This document shows, piece after piece, positions 1 through 14,235 of a stretch of 64,000 bases of DNA. The notes below the pieces were generated by a model, which saw nothing but the letters and a program-made list of their open reading frames with translations, was not told the origin of the DNA and made no database searches. How positions within the stretch are numbered: the stretch's first letter is position 1; every line of letters starts with the position of its first letter. Source of the DNA: Raillietiella orientalis. Lineage: Eukaryota. The position numbers were made by a program, and so were the translations under genes. The stretch is taken from contig JAYWIR010000043.1 of NCBI GenBank assembly GCA_036172245.1, positions 1,178,001 through 1,242,000 on the forward strand. Direction: 5' to 3'.

Positions 1-475
1 AAAGGCTTCATTTCACATACTTGAACCCTAATTATCATATCACAGCGTTAATATTTCACACGTTAACCTTCAGCATCAATCACTTAAAACGCGCAAATGA
101 TATCAAGATAAAAAAATGCCTTTTTTGTATTCTTAAAAAAATTATCAGCTTAAATGCTGAATGAAAAGTTTCGTATTCATGAATACGTTACCACTTAGAA
201 ATCTTTGCTAAGGCATTTTATTGCACCCAATACATTTCAGAGATTAGCAACCAACTTTCATAATTCGTAAAAAAATCAAACTAGCTTTAAAAATTGAGAA
301 ATCTGGCAGCTTTAAAATCTGGAGCCGGAATGAACACCACGGAATTCCATGGGTAATCTCGGAATAAATTATCCATTCTACATTCAATAAGCATCCATGT
401 TTCTATTATAAAAACCATTTTTTATTAATTGGCTAGTGATTTTGTATTTCATACATAAGATTTTGAAAGCAATGA

Positions 476-3400
476 TTATTTACAATTTTTTAGGGAGAGA
501 ATTTCATTTAAAAGAAATCTGTTATCATTCATAGTATTGCTGAACTCATAACATAATTGAAAGACTTCTTCAATACTGAAAAACAATGAAAAATTGTACA
601 AAGGAAAATCTCCTACCTTTTCAAACTAAAAGCAACATTTGATGGGGCATTTTCCTTGAAAGTAAAAGATGAGTTAGCAGACAGGTTGACCTGCTCATCC
701 TTGAACAGACACTGTTGGTAATGATTAACAGATGCAATGTGCTGTTGAATCACATTTTGAAGACAATACAGTTCTTCTTTCAGTAAAGTTACTTGCACAT
801 GGCTTGCTTGATATAATCTAGGGCAAAATAAAGAAATTGTTCTAGAAATTCTAGAAGTTTTTACTTGCACCAATCTGTGAATGATTCAGTCAACAAATAC
901 ATCCTAGGGCATGTTTCCTTGTTTAAGAGACTGTGTAAAACACCAACAGTTTCTTGGAGTTTAATTTTTTCTAATTTATGAAACTGCTCATCACATGGGC
1001 TAAGAGCTATAAGACACAATCATGCAAATCTTGATCAAATACTCACTTCTTGCAGCTTTATCTCTTAGCAAATGCTGCCAAGAATCTCGTATTCTTTGAT
1101 TGTAGAATTTTGCTTTGGAATTCATTTTTGAAAGGTCTTTCATGTTTACCTTAGCATCATCCCATTCATGCAACAAAAATTTATTTATTACAATTTTCTT
1201 CTGTAGCTGATATGCATTGACATAAAGCTGTCAGAATGAAACTAGTTCGATATTTGTGACATGAAAATACAACCTTTCTGTATCTTTCTTCTTGCTGAAC
1301 TATATTAATGTCGTACTGGTCATTTCCAGTTCTCATACATGATGATGATAAAGGTGCAGAGTGTTCCAATGCTGCAAGAAGTTGCATCTGTGGCAATATG
1401 CTTTTACAGATTTCTAAAGCATGCTCGATATCTTTGAGGCGTTGTTCTAATTCTTGAGAAAGCACAAAACTATTGATTCATGCTACTCATACAAAAAATT
1501 TATGAGACTGACTTCAAAGCATGAACAGCACTCTGGGTTAGATTAGCACATTGAGACAAAAGGTCTATTTTCCTGCAGAGCATGTACGAGAGAATACAAA
1601 TATTCTTGGCAACAAGTGCATCTTTTTCCAATGCAAGTTGTGTTGGTAATGAAGGAAATTCCGCTAAGATACATCATTAGCAGCTATCTAATAAACACAA
1701 ATAACATACGAATGTTAAGTTCCAAACTCAGGCTCACTTTGAAATCTAAATTGTTAAAAAGAAGAAATGTTTTCAACTCTGTTGCATCAGTAGCTTTGAC
1801 CAAGTAACTGCTGCAATCAGCAGCATGCACAATTTGATTGTTGAGAATAAGCATTTGATTTTCTTCTGGAACAGAACTTTGTTCTGCCACCAGACTTGGC
1901 AGTGTTTGGGACCTGCATCTATGTACTTATTCTAAGCACTTCCACTTACTTATCAGCAGCATCATGATATACATGAAATAACTTCATATGAGGAACACAA
2001 AACACAATCATCTTCTTGCATGACAGAATGCTGGTAACTTCACTGAAGAAACGATCAAAAGACCATATCTGGTTAGGATTCAGTTCCAAAAGGCCAGCTA
2101 AAAGAGGGGTAATCAACTTCCTGAGACCACTACAAACTAAATTAAATGATTATTTAGCTGTTTAGGGCTTACTAGCTAAGGCGGCAATTTTCTGGTAACG
2201 TCCAGTTCCATTCAATATCACCACCTTCACTGCTCTGAACTCCAGATATTGCTCCTGGAGGTTTTTCTGTAGTAATAAAATGCATAGTTTCCTTATTTTT
2301 TCTTCCACCATAAGGACGAAATGGAAGACGTCCTGTAGCAACATGGAATAAAGTCACACCAATGGACCACAAGTCTACAGTTGCACCAAATGACTTTTTC
2401 ATAGGTTTTCTCAATACTGCCTTGGCATACATATCTGGATGCTGCCAAATACTTAGTGCTAATAACAAATAACAACTCACCAAATATTCCTCAGTACCAT
2501 ACAATGAACCAAACTGTTGGTCATCATTAAGCACTCGAGCTGCTCCAAAATCTGTAAGTTTGAAAACTATACCACCATCTGGATTTATACACTTCATTAT
2601 ATTTCCGGGTTTTAGATCCCGATGGACTAAGCTGTTGTCTCTCAAATGTTTCATACCTGCAGCTGTAAACATAATTAGATAATGACAGAGGAAAAAATCC
2701 AGCTTTATAGATAGAATAAAACTAACAAACATGATCTAAAACCAACAAAAACTCCAGCTCTTCTAGGCCTTGATCATTTTCTGGATCATCTAAAATATTA
2801 AACAAACTTCCACCAGAGCATAACTCCATTATAATAACTGTTCCATGACTTTCTGTCTAAAAAAAAAATTGGAAAACATAATCATTATTTTTTTAATGGA
2901 TTCAATTACATTAAAATCGAAAAATTTCAAACATATCTATGAATGAAAAAACAAAAACAAAAAGTCCATAACTGTGCATGCACATAACTTTGCTTATTCA
3001 ATGGCAAAATTATAACATAAATGAAATAACTTCTATAAGGAACACAAAACAATCACCTTGCATATGTGTATATATGCTAAAGCAGTACATAAACATATGA
3101 AAATGAATGGGAAAAAATTTCATCTAAGGGCTACAACACAGTGCAAGAACATACAATAAAACACACGATAAAAACAAACATTCAAATTGAAATAAGTTTA
3201 GCTGGAGTCATTAAAAATGACAAGAGAAATGCAGCTTTCTAAAGTTTTTCTGGCATTGTGGTTTAAAGCATAGCATGCTATAACAGCAAACATAAAAAAG
3301 TACTTTCAAGTGATAAAACTAACTGCAAAATATGTGAACGACTTAACCAATATTTAATTTGCATTTAATATTTTAGTTGCAAAGTCGCAAAAATATTTCA

Positions 3401-4159
3401 ATTTTATGAATGATACAAAACTGGAGTCAACCTCTGGAACTTTCTAGACTCCTTAAAATTTAGAAATGAAAAGTATTGCTTACTTCTTCTTCAATAGCCA
3501 GTAGTTTTACAACGTTTTCATGTTTAACTATTTTCAAAACATCTAACTCTCTCATTTGTATCTCAGGAGGTCTCATGTGACTTAGCTGATTGAATGTTTT
3601 CACTGCAACAGGCTCACCAGTTTGCTAAATACAGCTACATTAGCTTACTCAAAATAACCATATTTTAAGCCACTTTATTATGAAGAGTTCTCAATTCCCA
3701 AACATAGACTTGCACGACATTAAATAAATTGATAATGAACAGGAGTATGCATGCATCACCATCAATGCAAGCCAGAGGTTCAAGCATGCAAATCACAAAC
3801 TCATGTTCAGACAGAGATGAAATATAAATCATGAAGCATTAATATACTTAGTCATTTCATATAACAATAGTTGTCTGAGGATTAAATAAATCATAAAGTA
3901 AACAAACCATAAATTGAACAATAAAAAAGAATCTAAAGGATATGGAGTGATACTTTGAACTTAATAACTGTGATGTGAATGCACATATCTATTATAAATT
4001 TTAAGCACATGTACAAGACTTTGGTTAGCAGGCATAACAATAGGTGTCATCTACCTTACTCACCTTACTCACACCCTGATACACTGCGCCTGTTGCACCT
4101 TTGCCTAAAACACTTGTTGTGCACCATAAATAGTTCACAGATGATCTTAGAAATGACAT
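476..4159 (-). CDS. TBK1: TANK-binding kinase 1 / IKK-epsilon family Ser/Thr kinase (multi-exon, complete)
   Basis: Spliced reading frame: exon 4159-4064 [32 protein letters not shown]; 3624-3484 QTGEPVAVK...; 2856-2727 MELCSGGSL; 2662-2481 [24 protein letters not shown]; 2441-2173 HPDMY...[23 protein letters not shown] and coiled-coil exons follow ([24 protein letters not shown]) and end at TAA 478-476. GT-AG junctions keep the frame. Confidence 0.93.
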
Positions 4160-5199
4160 TGTCGCAGCTACATTATGATAAAAAAGTAAAATGAAACTAG
4201 AGTTGGAATTCTCTAACTACTTCCACTTCATTATGTACAAATTCACCACATTTCTGAAAAAGAAGATGCAATACTCACTACCAAATTATATACTGGGCAT
4301 TTGAACACGTCATTTGGAGAGAACTTAGCAGCACTCATCCCTACAGACAGATAAACAGGATTTGCTCCAATGAATGTCATGGTGTTTACTCTGTCACTGG
4401 AGGAGTTTTGTGATAATAATATTATTATATCAAAGATCTTGATAAATTATGATCATTGTCAGCAAGCATGATTAACATTGCATTTTACTGTTTGATGAAA
4501 CCATATATGAACGAGAAAGAAATGAATCTGTTTAGGCCAAACATGTTTAATGATGCATGATCGCTTGAAAAATAAAAATGTTTCAAAGACTTCCGGACTC
4601 ATACGTATCCCACACCGTTTGCCTCCGAGACAAGCACAGTATGTCCATTGATTCTGATCCCCTGATCCCCGTTTTATGATGACACCTTGAGATGTAATCA
4701 TTACTTGAAATAACTTATTCAGCAACCATTGAACCGACGATGCTTAGACCGATCGGATAAAAATTTACCTAATATCTGGGTAAACTGCACGGCTGAAAGT
4801 TCCTGACCTAATTCTTTACCGAATGTGTTACGTGCAAACACATTAATGACCACACTATTGCTTGTTCGATACCCTTTCATTGAAGTGCACTGTTCGCATG
4901 CAATTTTTTAATGTAAAAATGCAAGAGTGAGTTTTATGATGACTTTACAAAATGATCAAGTTCAGAAGTGCGGGAAGCATTTCTTAACCCCAAATTCTTT
5001 TGATGTGTCTACCCAATGAACTTACATGGGCTGTAACACAGCAATGGAAGCGGAAGTTCACGACACGAACTTCCGATGCACGGCTACTAATTTGCCTCCA
5101 GAAAACACACGGCCAATTTAGAAGAATAAACAGATACGCTAATTATCCAAATAAACACGTGCTGGTAAAATGCCAAGCCTTTCTATATGGCTAGTTGGC

Positions 5200-5560
5200 T
5201 GCGAACCCGAACCCGCTTGCACAAGGTAATGCTGGACACCGGCTGCGTGGGCGGATTGTTTCCTTGTTTGATTTCACATTTTCCAGACAACAGCAGATTG
5301 TTGCCAGCGGCACATAATTCCCAAAGACAATAATGGGAGCAGTGCGGTGATTCATGGTGCTGTGAGCGTGACGTGAGCGTGAATGAATCACGTGACGGCG
5401 GTAGTACGATGGTGGCACAATAACGTGACAGCGGAGTGGGCGGAGCTTGGCGGATAGTAAGCAAAGGGGTCGAGCGTTCCCCGGAATATAGGGGTGAGGT
5501 CCGGGGGTGCAGTACGCGCTTTTTTGGTTTTTTCGGGAATCCACGATTTCTTCAGCTTTC
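5200..5560. promoter_or_regulatory. Probable bidirectional promoter between divergent TBK1 and TCF25
   Basis: CpG-rich patch inside AT-rich, CpG-poor DNA. Contains TCACGTGAC (5388-5396), ACGTGA (5371, 5423) and GGGCGG boxes (5249, 5438). Lies between two outward-facing start codons (4159 and 5893). Confidence 0.55.
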
Positions 5561-5892
5561 ATGGATCCCTCTGATGCTTACACCTTGCTCTTACGGCTTT
5601 ATTGGGAATTTTTCAACACCTTTGATGAAAGAATCGAAAAATGTTGTGTTTCGATCTTTCCAAGTTTCATGCATTTGCGTGCGATGTAAAAGATTTCAGC
5701 GTCCCTGATGTTTATGTACGGATATTGAATTTTTACACGTGCAACTGGTATAAGAACAAATAAGTCGTTCTCTGAACGTATACCACGTGGTGGTATCTCC
5801 CCTGCTTTGAAAAGTTGCCGTGGACTTGCGCAAAAATGGAAACCACGGCAGTGAATTTTTTCTTCCATGCAGTGTTAAGATACTGATGCAGG

Positions 5893-8800
5893 ATGTCAAC
5901 GCGTGCTCTCAGGAAACTTCAGAAATGGGATATCCACTCAGACATCAATAAGATTATCCAAGACAGAATAGATGGCCGTGAGTGTAACGGTGTTTTGGAT
6001 TCCCTGGAAAATCATGCTTGCCATGAGAATAACTTGAGCAGTGAAGACAACTGTGTGCGCACGATAAAAAATAAAACCTCAAATATTTATTCCCTGGTGA
6101 GAATTAAGTTATGGTTCCAGCTTTATGAAATTGTACATGAATTTTCACGCATAAAATACCGATTTTATGAAAGTATACTCTAAAGATGGAAACTGTGGAA
6201 ACAGTATTTGATGCATTAAGTGTTGCATGAGCTATAGAATTTTTTGGTTCAGTTTTGCTGGTAAATTGAGAAGACAATTTTTTCGTTTACTGCACAATCT
6301 TATCATTAGTGAGGAAAAAAATAGCAAAAAAGAAAAAAACCCTAGGTTCTTTGGAATGTTTATAGCCTTCTTGTAATACAAATTCTGTAAAATTCAAAAA
6401 TATATGTGCTTATCATTGTTATTGAAATGAGACTTCAAGTATCAAAAGATTTGTACTGACTATGTTTTTCCCTTGTTGGTCATCCAGCTATAAAACATAA
6501 TCAAATTAAGCAGACAGCAGTGTATAATCATTAAGTTTTTTAATTTACATTAGAAAATTAGGAAATCTATCCCGATGATTTATCACAGAGTAGGATTGTT
6601 AACCTTAAATAACATGGTAAAGCTGTCATGTTGATTACTGACAATCATTTGTGAACCAATAGCATTTTTTTTTTACAGTTAACAGGAACAATCAGTAGTA
6701 ATCATGCATAGAATAATTACGGAAATTATGTGCTTTCTTGACCTTGTCTTTGTATCTTTCCACAACCATGTAATAGTTGACATAATTTTTTTTGCGTGGC
6801 TTTGCCATCTTTGAATTCACATCATTTTGGAAGCTTCAGAGTTGCGTTTAAATGATTTCAATTGAGAAACTGGTTTCTCTTGCCCTCCTTTTTGCAATTG
6901 CTATTCTTGCCATGTTGTTACAACTGTATTTACATCCTTATCAAAAATTCTTATTGAACTGATATCCGAGTAGTTATGTGAAAGGCAATTTTTTTTTCTT
7001 ATTCCAGGAATTCATTATATCTTTAAAACATCACAGATAAATTTAAAGTTGCAAACTTAACTAATTTCCAACAGTTATTTAATTTATTGGTACATTTTTA
7101 TCGATCACCTTAATTGGATCGCCTTTTTGTTTTTTTGAGTTCAGTTTTTCTTAGTGTGCTCTTATCAAAGTATGTGCCTGTTTTCATTTTGAAGTTTTCG
7201 TTTTTCCTTTAATCTTTCTGTGAACTTTATTACTTTGTTAATATAGCCCTGTGCATCTTACGTTTTCAGAAGTTAATCTATTTGTATCACTTCCAATTTT
7301 ACTGTTAAGAGCTTTTAACGTGGTTGTGCAAAAATGATAGGTCCTGTGGATCTTTGAGGTGTTCTACTTTTTCTATGGCCAGTTTCTTGAGGGTGTTTCC
7401 AAGTAGTCAGCATCAGTTTTCAACAAATGAATAAGAAAACTGTTAATGTTTCAGTCCTTATTCAGAAATGAAGAGTTTGGAAGCACAATTAATGAAAATA
7501 CTTGAACATGAAAACTGTAATTTCCAGTTAAACTGTCTTCTTCTTCAATGTATGCATAGAAATGCACATTTTAGTTGCATATAGTCTTGAATGCCTAGGC
7601 AGATAAATTCAGAAATAAAGTATTAGGTGTTGAAGAAACATGGGTAGACAGTTTTTCAAAAGATGTTTTGCCTTTCCTATGAAATAAGAAGTTGCACTTT
7701 AAAAATGTTTACTTGTCATATTATTGAAAATCTTAACTCCATTTTAATTTTCCAAAATCCAAAACAAAGTTAAAAGAAATGATAAAGTTTGTATCAAATC
7801 ACATTTGCTTTTTACATTGCATCAAATGTTCCTTTGTCTTTATGTTGTGTTAGGTATATCCATCTTGTTTACTTAGGAAACTATGCCAGTAAATTCTGTA
7901 TTTGTTGCTGCATTATTAATTAACTCATTGAGTGATTGTGACAATTTCTGAAATTCGTTTCTTGCATCAATTCAGTGGCAAATGTGGACAATTAGTTTAA
8001 ACTGCAGTAAACGTTCATACTTGATGCCTACTAAATAACCACCAGTTCAGCTGTAGTGAATCAAGTATGAAAAATGAGCAGAAGTAATTTCCAGAAAGAA
8101 CAGAGGAATTTTTCTTTAATGGATCGCTAAAATCTATTGTATTTTTTAACTTTCAATTGTTTTTTTAATAACACAAAAAAATATTTCTAAAATTATTTCC
8201 TTGGTGATTGCTTAATTTTGTTGAATATGAGCATTTATATATTTAGTAGTATGAAATTTATAAATTTGAATATTGCTCAATATAACTTTATTGTAAAGTA
8301 AAAGTTTCAGTCGTCATTTCATACCAGTTGTATTTGGTTTAGTGATGTGGATTTGTCTATGTTATGTGCTTAATGTCGAAATTATGTGGATGTTCCTAGA
8401 ATAAAATGCTGCTCATTCTCAAATGCTTCTGACAAAGTTTTACTTTTGTGTGCAGCTCCATGTCGATAATGCGGAAATACCAAAATCATCTGAAAGTGAA
8501 GATGAAAAAGGAGAGGAGAATGATGATAGAAGCACAAATCTATATGCAAAAACTCATTCCAGGAAGAAGAAGAAAAAGAAATTAAAAAATGACAAATGTA
8601 ATAATAATAATGCAGATGATCAGGTGATTTTAAGGAATGTTTATTTTCAATTTACTACACTATTAGTTTGTAGTGATATCGAAACTGTATGCCTTCATTT
8701 ATGTTAAACTTTTGTAGAATGATGAGATCGATAAAATATTAAGTGAGGTTAATCTAACAGTCCATCAGAACCAATCAGAAGCACCCAGAACTGTTTCTTC

Positions 8801-11800
8801 ATCTCCTTTCAATAAAAAAGGAATTCTATCCATAGAACGCAGACATTTAAACCCTGAAAATGAATTGAGAAACTTATTTGGATCAAAAACGCTACATGCT
8901 TTATTAAAGTAATTGCCTTTTCCTATTAATTTTCTTTGTTTATTTTGAAGACTTTTTTTTCACTTTTTGTATAGCTTGTTAACTTTAATGTTAACAACTC
9001 ATTCTTATCATACACCAAGAACTGTCAGATTCTTTCTGTTTCTGTATTTATTGTTCAATTGCTTTAATTTTGTTTGCTATATTCGGTCCATGTATTTTTG
9101 CATTTTATTTTTGTACTTTTTGTGATAAGGAAAAAGAAATTCCATAAGAACATGTACCAGAATCTTTGGTTAGTACAACCTAAAAGAGAGTGGCCACCAC
9201 TTAGTAAACATGGTGAGTCACTTAATATTTAGTTCAATTAGTAGTCATAAAAAAATTATGATTAGAAATTATAACCCATTTGCATGTGTTATGAGTGTTT
9301 GTCTTGAAATCATTCAGTTCAGATATATGGGCGTTGTTATTTACAATTGAATATTTTTTAAATTGATATTCGTTCCATTTCTATCTTGAAAAAGTATGCA
9401 TCCTAATACTAGTTTGTGCCAAAAAATTTTGATTCGTTTATGGAATCTTGTATTGCATTTTATATTTCTACAAGGATTGACAAAATTAAACATTTTTGAA
9501 GCTTGAACGCTTTTCTCAGTCAATGGGCACAAGATGAATATTATTCCTCGTTCAGATAATTCATTTTTCAATTACATGGCTGTGCCATCTTGAATCCCTT
9601 AAACCTCAAGGTGGGCTACGATGGCTTAGGGCTGATGTGTCTGTTTTGTAAGTCCACAGTAATCAGTTATTTGAAATGCACAGAGCAGAACATGGAATAA
9701 TTTTCAAAGAATATCCCAAGTGTTTTTGAAGGTTGAAGGATGGTGTAAAAGTATTTGATCAGAAGTGTCTTAAAAAAAAAAAGAAAAGAAGAGAAAAACC
9801 GCGAATTTTGGCATCATCATTCATAAAATGGATAATTGTATTTGAAATTCATCAAAATGCTTGTTTTTAAGTTTCCAAAATTTCCATTTTTCTAATATCA
9901 AAAGTCAAAGTATTGTTTTTGGTAAGTGTGCACGTTTAATGGACTGAAGTAAGAGTTCACTTGGAATTTTTACTTTTCACAGCACTGTGACATGTTCAAC
10001 AGCATTCATCAGGGTTATGATCGTTCCCTCATCCTTGTCATGTTGGCAGCGCTTCAGACTGTATCCACCCCATGATGTTGTGTATGAGGTCTAAGAGATC
10101 TGTTTGCCACAGACTTTCCGTGAACCACAGACATTTGTTCCGTTATCTTAAATAGTAGATCCCAGGGAGCCGTGTTTCTTTAAGAAAATCCAGAAAATAT
10201 TCCAGATCATGTGTACTTTTTCGGATTTTTTCAGTTCGCGAAACCCATTTCTTTGCATGTAGTTGTAAATGATTTGAAGTTGAAAACAAATAAATGCTCC
10301 TGTGATTTTTAAAACCATCGAGCGTGTTCGACATGCTAAAACAGCTTTCTCTCCAATTTCAGTCGCCGTCTCATGAATCTTAGGCAGCGTTTCGTAGGGA
10401 GGGGTGGATATGCATTTCTATTACATTTGTCTATTCTCTGTTGCTGCAATTTAATTTTATGTGAGCGTTCGTAATTGGGATGCCCATTGGATTCCGTCGA
10501 TTTATCATATTTATTTTAATACATGGAAAACATTCATGTTATCCAGTGTTCGAAAAATATGCTGATTGCTTTTGTTGGATTCCAAAGGTCTTTCGATGGT
10601 CCTACTGGAAACGAAGGAAAACATCAGTTACTTTTCCTTTACTCATAATCATCATTACCAGAAGATACAGTTTCAGTTTCTGAATGCTGTTACTTCATTG
10701 CATCCAGAAATGATTGGGGTGAGTTTACTAATTGCTGTTTAGGCTCAAGAATGAATCTTCATACATGTGGTTACTTCCGTTTGCTTACCACCGCGGGTCC
10801 TCTCCATTGCCTTGCGGCAACTTTGAAGAAGTTTCTTTAGGATGTGGAATTCCATGTTTTTTAAACGCGAGCTGTGGATCACCTACGAAACATCCACCAG
10901 GGTGTCATTCGTTGGTTTATTTGGAGCGTCCTGTCGAGCGTTGTTTTGATTGTCAAATGTTATCTTCCATTTTGACAACAGCAATACCATATGTATGATA
11001 CGCGCTTTGGACACTGCGGTTGCTTAGACCGTGGTCCTGTCCGATGCGTGATCTTCAGCACATCAGTTTGAGAGTGAAGGCATGCACGTAATCATGAGCC
11101 GCGGTGATCCCAAGTGAGCAAGTGAAATCACCAGGAATCACTGAAACGGTTTCAGATGTTAAATACTTCGAGCATTGCTTGGGATAGGATTCAGTACGAT
11201 CGCTCTTTACCCGAACTGGAAGCGGAAGTAAACAAATCATGCGTTTCTTTCGAAAGAATGCCTGTCGCGTTTTCAAGTGTACGCTGTTGAAGGGAAAGCC
11301 GTGCAAATTGTGGAAAGTGAAAAATGCAGCTCTTTGGGGCCAAGCAAGCAGTAACGAATTCGAATTCTTGGTTGGCGAGGTTCCTGCGGAGCACGAATGA
11401 AAGAACGCAAAGCACAGTGAAGTCGTGTATGATTGCGTGCGTCCGAGACGCCCAAACCGGGAAAATGAGTTCTTTAATGTGTACAACGTAGCTTCCGAAG
11501 CTCATTCAGCTCTTGCGTTTTGGATTTGCGTTTCTGAATGTTTTCGAGTGTTTTTCGGTCCTCATTCGTGCTTCCCGTGACACGTATGTTTGACTCCTAA
11601 CGTCGTGTCGACCATAATGATACGGATGTCAAGACTGGAGTTTTGACACATCATATCTAGCGGAAGCTCCTCGTTTCACGTCCGGACGAAACGATTTCTT
11701 TGAAACTGCTTCACGTAACTTTTCATAACACGTGTTACCGCACCATGGAGAGTACGTTCGCACCCTTCACAAAGTGTCATTGGGAACACCGTTCTTTTAA

Positions 11801-13630
11801 TTGATGAGAAGTGAATTATAAAGAGTTAAGCGTGGATAGCGCGTTTGAATGTTTGGTGAGAATGGTGGCCGGAATCCATATGTCTGGGAAAAAAAAGAAA
11901 ATCCTCCTCCTCTGCCGATTTGCAACTTTCGCCTTCCATCCCAAAGTTCGCGAGCTGGTTTGCATGTTGAAAGATTTGTCGTTGCTTGTTTACGAGGTTG
12001 CCCGTGACAGAAAGTGAGAACTGTGTAGTAAGAATGGGAATCAGCTCCAGCCCTGTGTAATGACAGGTTGCGCGATTGAAGCTGCTTGATGAATTCTTTT
12101 AAAAATGTTTTTTTTTTTTTTAAATGGAAAAACACAAAGTGCTGATTGAGGTAGATTCTCGTCACTGCCGATGTTGCAGGATATCCTCAAGGAAAATCCG
12201 TACCACATCGATGCACTCCTGCAGATGTCTGAGTTTTTTAGAACTACGGAAGATACTAACATGGCATCCCAGCTCATAGAAAGGATTTTGTTTTCAATGG
12301 AATGCTCACTTCATCCGCTGTTTTCTTTCAGTTCCGGAAAGTGTCGCATACCTTACAACCGTCGTGAATCCAGGTCAGTTTGCCGGTGGCAGCACTGTGT
12401 TCCTGCATTTGCGTTTTTGCTCCAGAGCCTTTTTCTTGGCCATTTTTAAACACCTGGCATTCATTGGACAGAGAGGATGCTCTCGCACTGCACTTGAGTT
12501 GTGTAAACTGCTTTTGAGTTTGGACCCTGAAGAAGATCCCTTAGGAGTTTTGCTGCTCATCGACCATTACGCTCTGCGTGCTCACGAATACGACTATCTG
12601 ATCGAGCTCTTCAATGCGTGGAATCAAGAAAGGAACCTGTTTCAGTTGCCGAATTTTGCGTTTTCGGTGCCTTTGGCGTATTTTTACAAAACATCGTCGT
12701 CTCCGGATGGTCCTGACTCAGGGTGCTTGCTGGAGATGAATCGCCTCCTGAGAAGCAGCATCGTGGCTTATCCTCCGGTCGTACTTGCCATTTTTGAGAA
12801 GTGTGCAGCGAAACCCGATTTGTCCGTAATGGCTCATCCTCTGTTCGCCAGGAAAGCGGCTTCAAGGTTGGCTTGCCCCCCTTCCACCCCCACCCCTCTC
12901 CCCCCAAGCGACGCTGTTGATGTCTTCCAATAGTTACCCGCAGGCTCTCAATCAGCTGATCAATTTGTACGTGGAACGCAGCCATCACCTATGGAAGGAG
13001 CCCTCCGTTTTGGCGTGGCTGGAGGAAAACACTTCAGCCGTAATGCAGCAGTATTCCCTGTACAGCGAACAGGTCGAAGACTTACTGTATGCGTACAAAC
13101 GTCGGTACGTCGGCATGCCGCGCAACATCCGAAGGCACATATTCCTTTCCGAAGTTCGAGAAGCCATGAGCAATTTAGCCGACGTAATCAGCAACGCTTC
13201 TGTCTGTGGTCACTGTTGTTTTTGTCAAATAGGTCGATGAAGTCATCATCGGCTTCGACCCTTTGCCCCCTTTGGACAGCAGGTGCGGTTACGAGGAGTA
13301 CAGGCTGTTCGACCAGGCGTCGAATGAAAGCAGCAACCTCCTGTCCCTGTTCGCGAGGTCTCTCCTTCCCAGTTACAACAGTGCTGTCCCATTGCAGAGG
13401 GTTCTACCGTAAGATGCTGTTTGCTTGGCACCTGGAGCGGTGAGGCTTAACGCTGATGTGTATGCAGAGCTGGCGACGAAGCGGATTCGGCCCCCGAAGA
13501 AAACTCTGCTGTCGATTTAAGGAGGAGCGTCACCTCTCTTTTAAACGTCATGCGTGATCTGCTGTCGAACATCAACCGGAACGATGAGGATGGACGTGAA
13601 GGGCTGGACTCCTCAGAGGAGAACAATTGA
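5893..13630 (+). CDS. TCF25: Transcription factor 25 / Nulp1 (Rqc1 homolog, ribosome quality control), 10 coding exons
   Basis: Exons 5893-6096 (MSTRALRKLQ), 8456-8623, 8718-8908 (LNPENELRNLFG), 9130-9212 (WPPLSKH), 10588-10718 (GLSM...FSFTHNHHYQ), 12180-12373 (PYHIDALLQ...HPLF), 12426-12866 (RGCSRTALELCKLLLSLDPEEDPLG, LPNFAFS), 12934-13183 (LYVERSHHLWK, NIRRHIFLS), 13233-13408 (FDPLPP, SLLPSY) and 13468-13630 (TGA). All junctions are GT-AG and in frame. Confidence 0.93.
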
Positions 13631-14235
13631 CGCTTGTGGGTACAGGGAATCGCAAAATTATCCATGAATTGAGTTATTTTTCATACTGCTTTCTTTTGGG
13701 GGCGAACGCGTTCTTCCTATTTTTCTTTTTTCTTTTCGAATTTCAGGCTTCGTTCCAGACGGACGAACGTGACAGTCGAGGTGCACGACGTTTCCAGTGC
13801 CCCTCTCCATGCATCCCAATGCAGTTCTCCTTTCAGTTAACCTTCGTCTTTCTTTCCTAAAGTGTTCCCCTTTGCTCAATGCGTGCTGCTTGGTGATACT
13901 GGGTGGATGCTCGGTTGCTTCGGGGCTCTGTAGGTGTGGTGCATCGTCGCTGTTTGCAGCTCAATTGCAGGATGCACAAACAAAGCAATAGAACGTCCCC
14001 AGAATTTTCTTCATTTGCTCGTACGCAAATCTTTTCCTAATTCTCCCGTTGTTTCTTTCTTTTTTTTTAAAAAAAAACAGTTAGGGTAAGAGCCCAGTTG
14101 TGAAATCATGAAAAAGACATGAACATTGAAGACTTGCCGATCGTTTGTTTTAGTCCGATGGTATCAGGTGAAATTGTAGGTTATCAGTTTTTTGTAAAGT
14201 CCAAGTGTTGTCGATTGCAAAACTGCAAGGACCAA

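Noticed and set aside
4459..4725. IRMSPEVFETFL resembles the PIF/Harbinger transposase FRMS..F..L motif
   Set aside because: Single short motif with no DDE region or TIRs seen.
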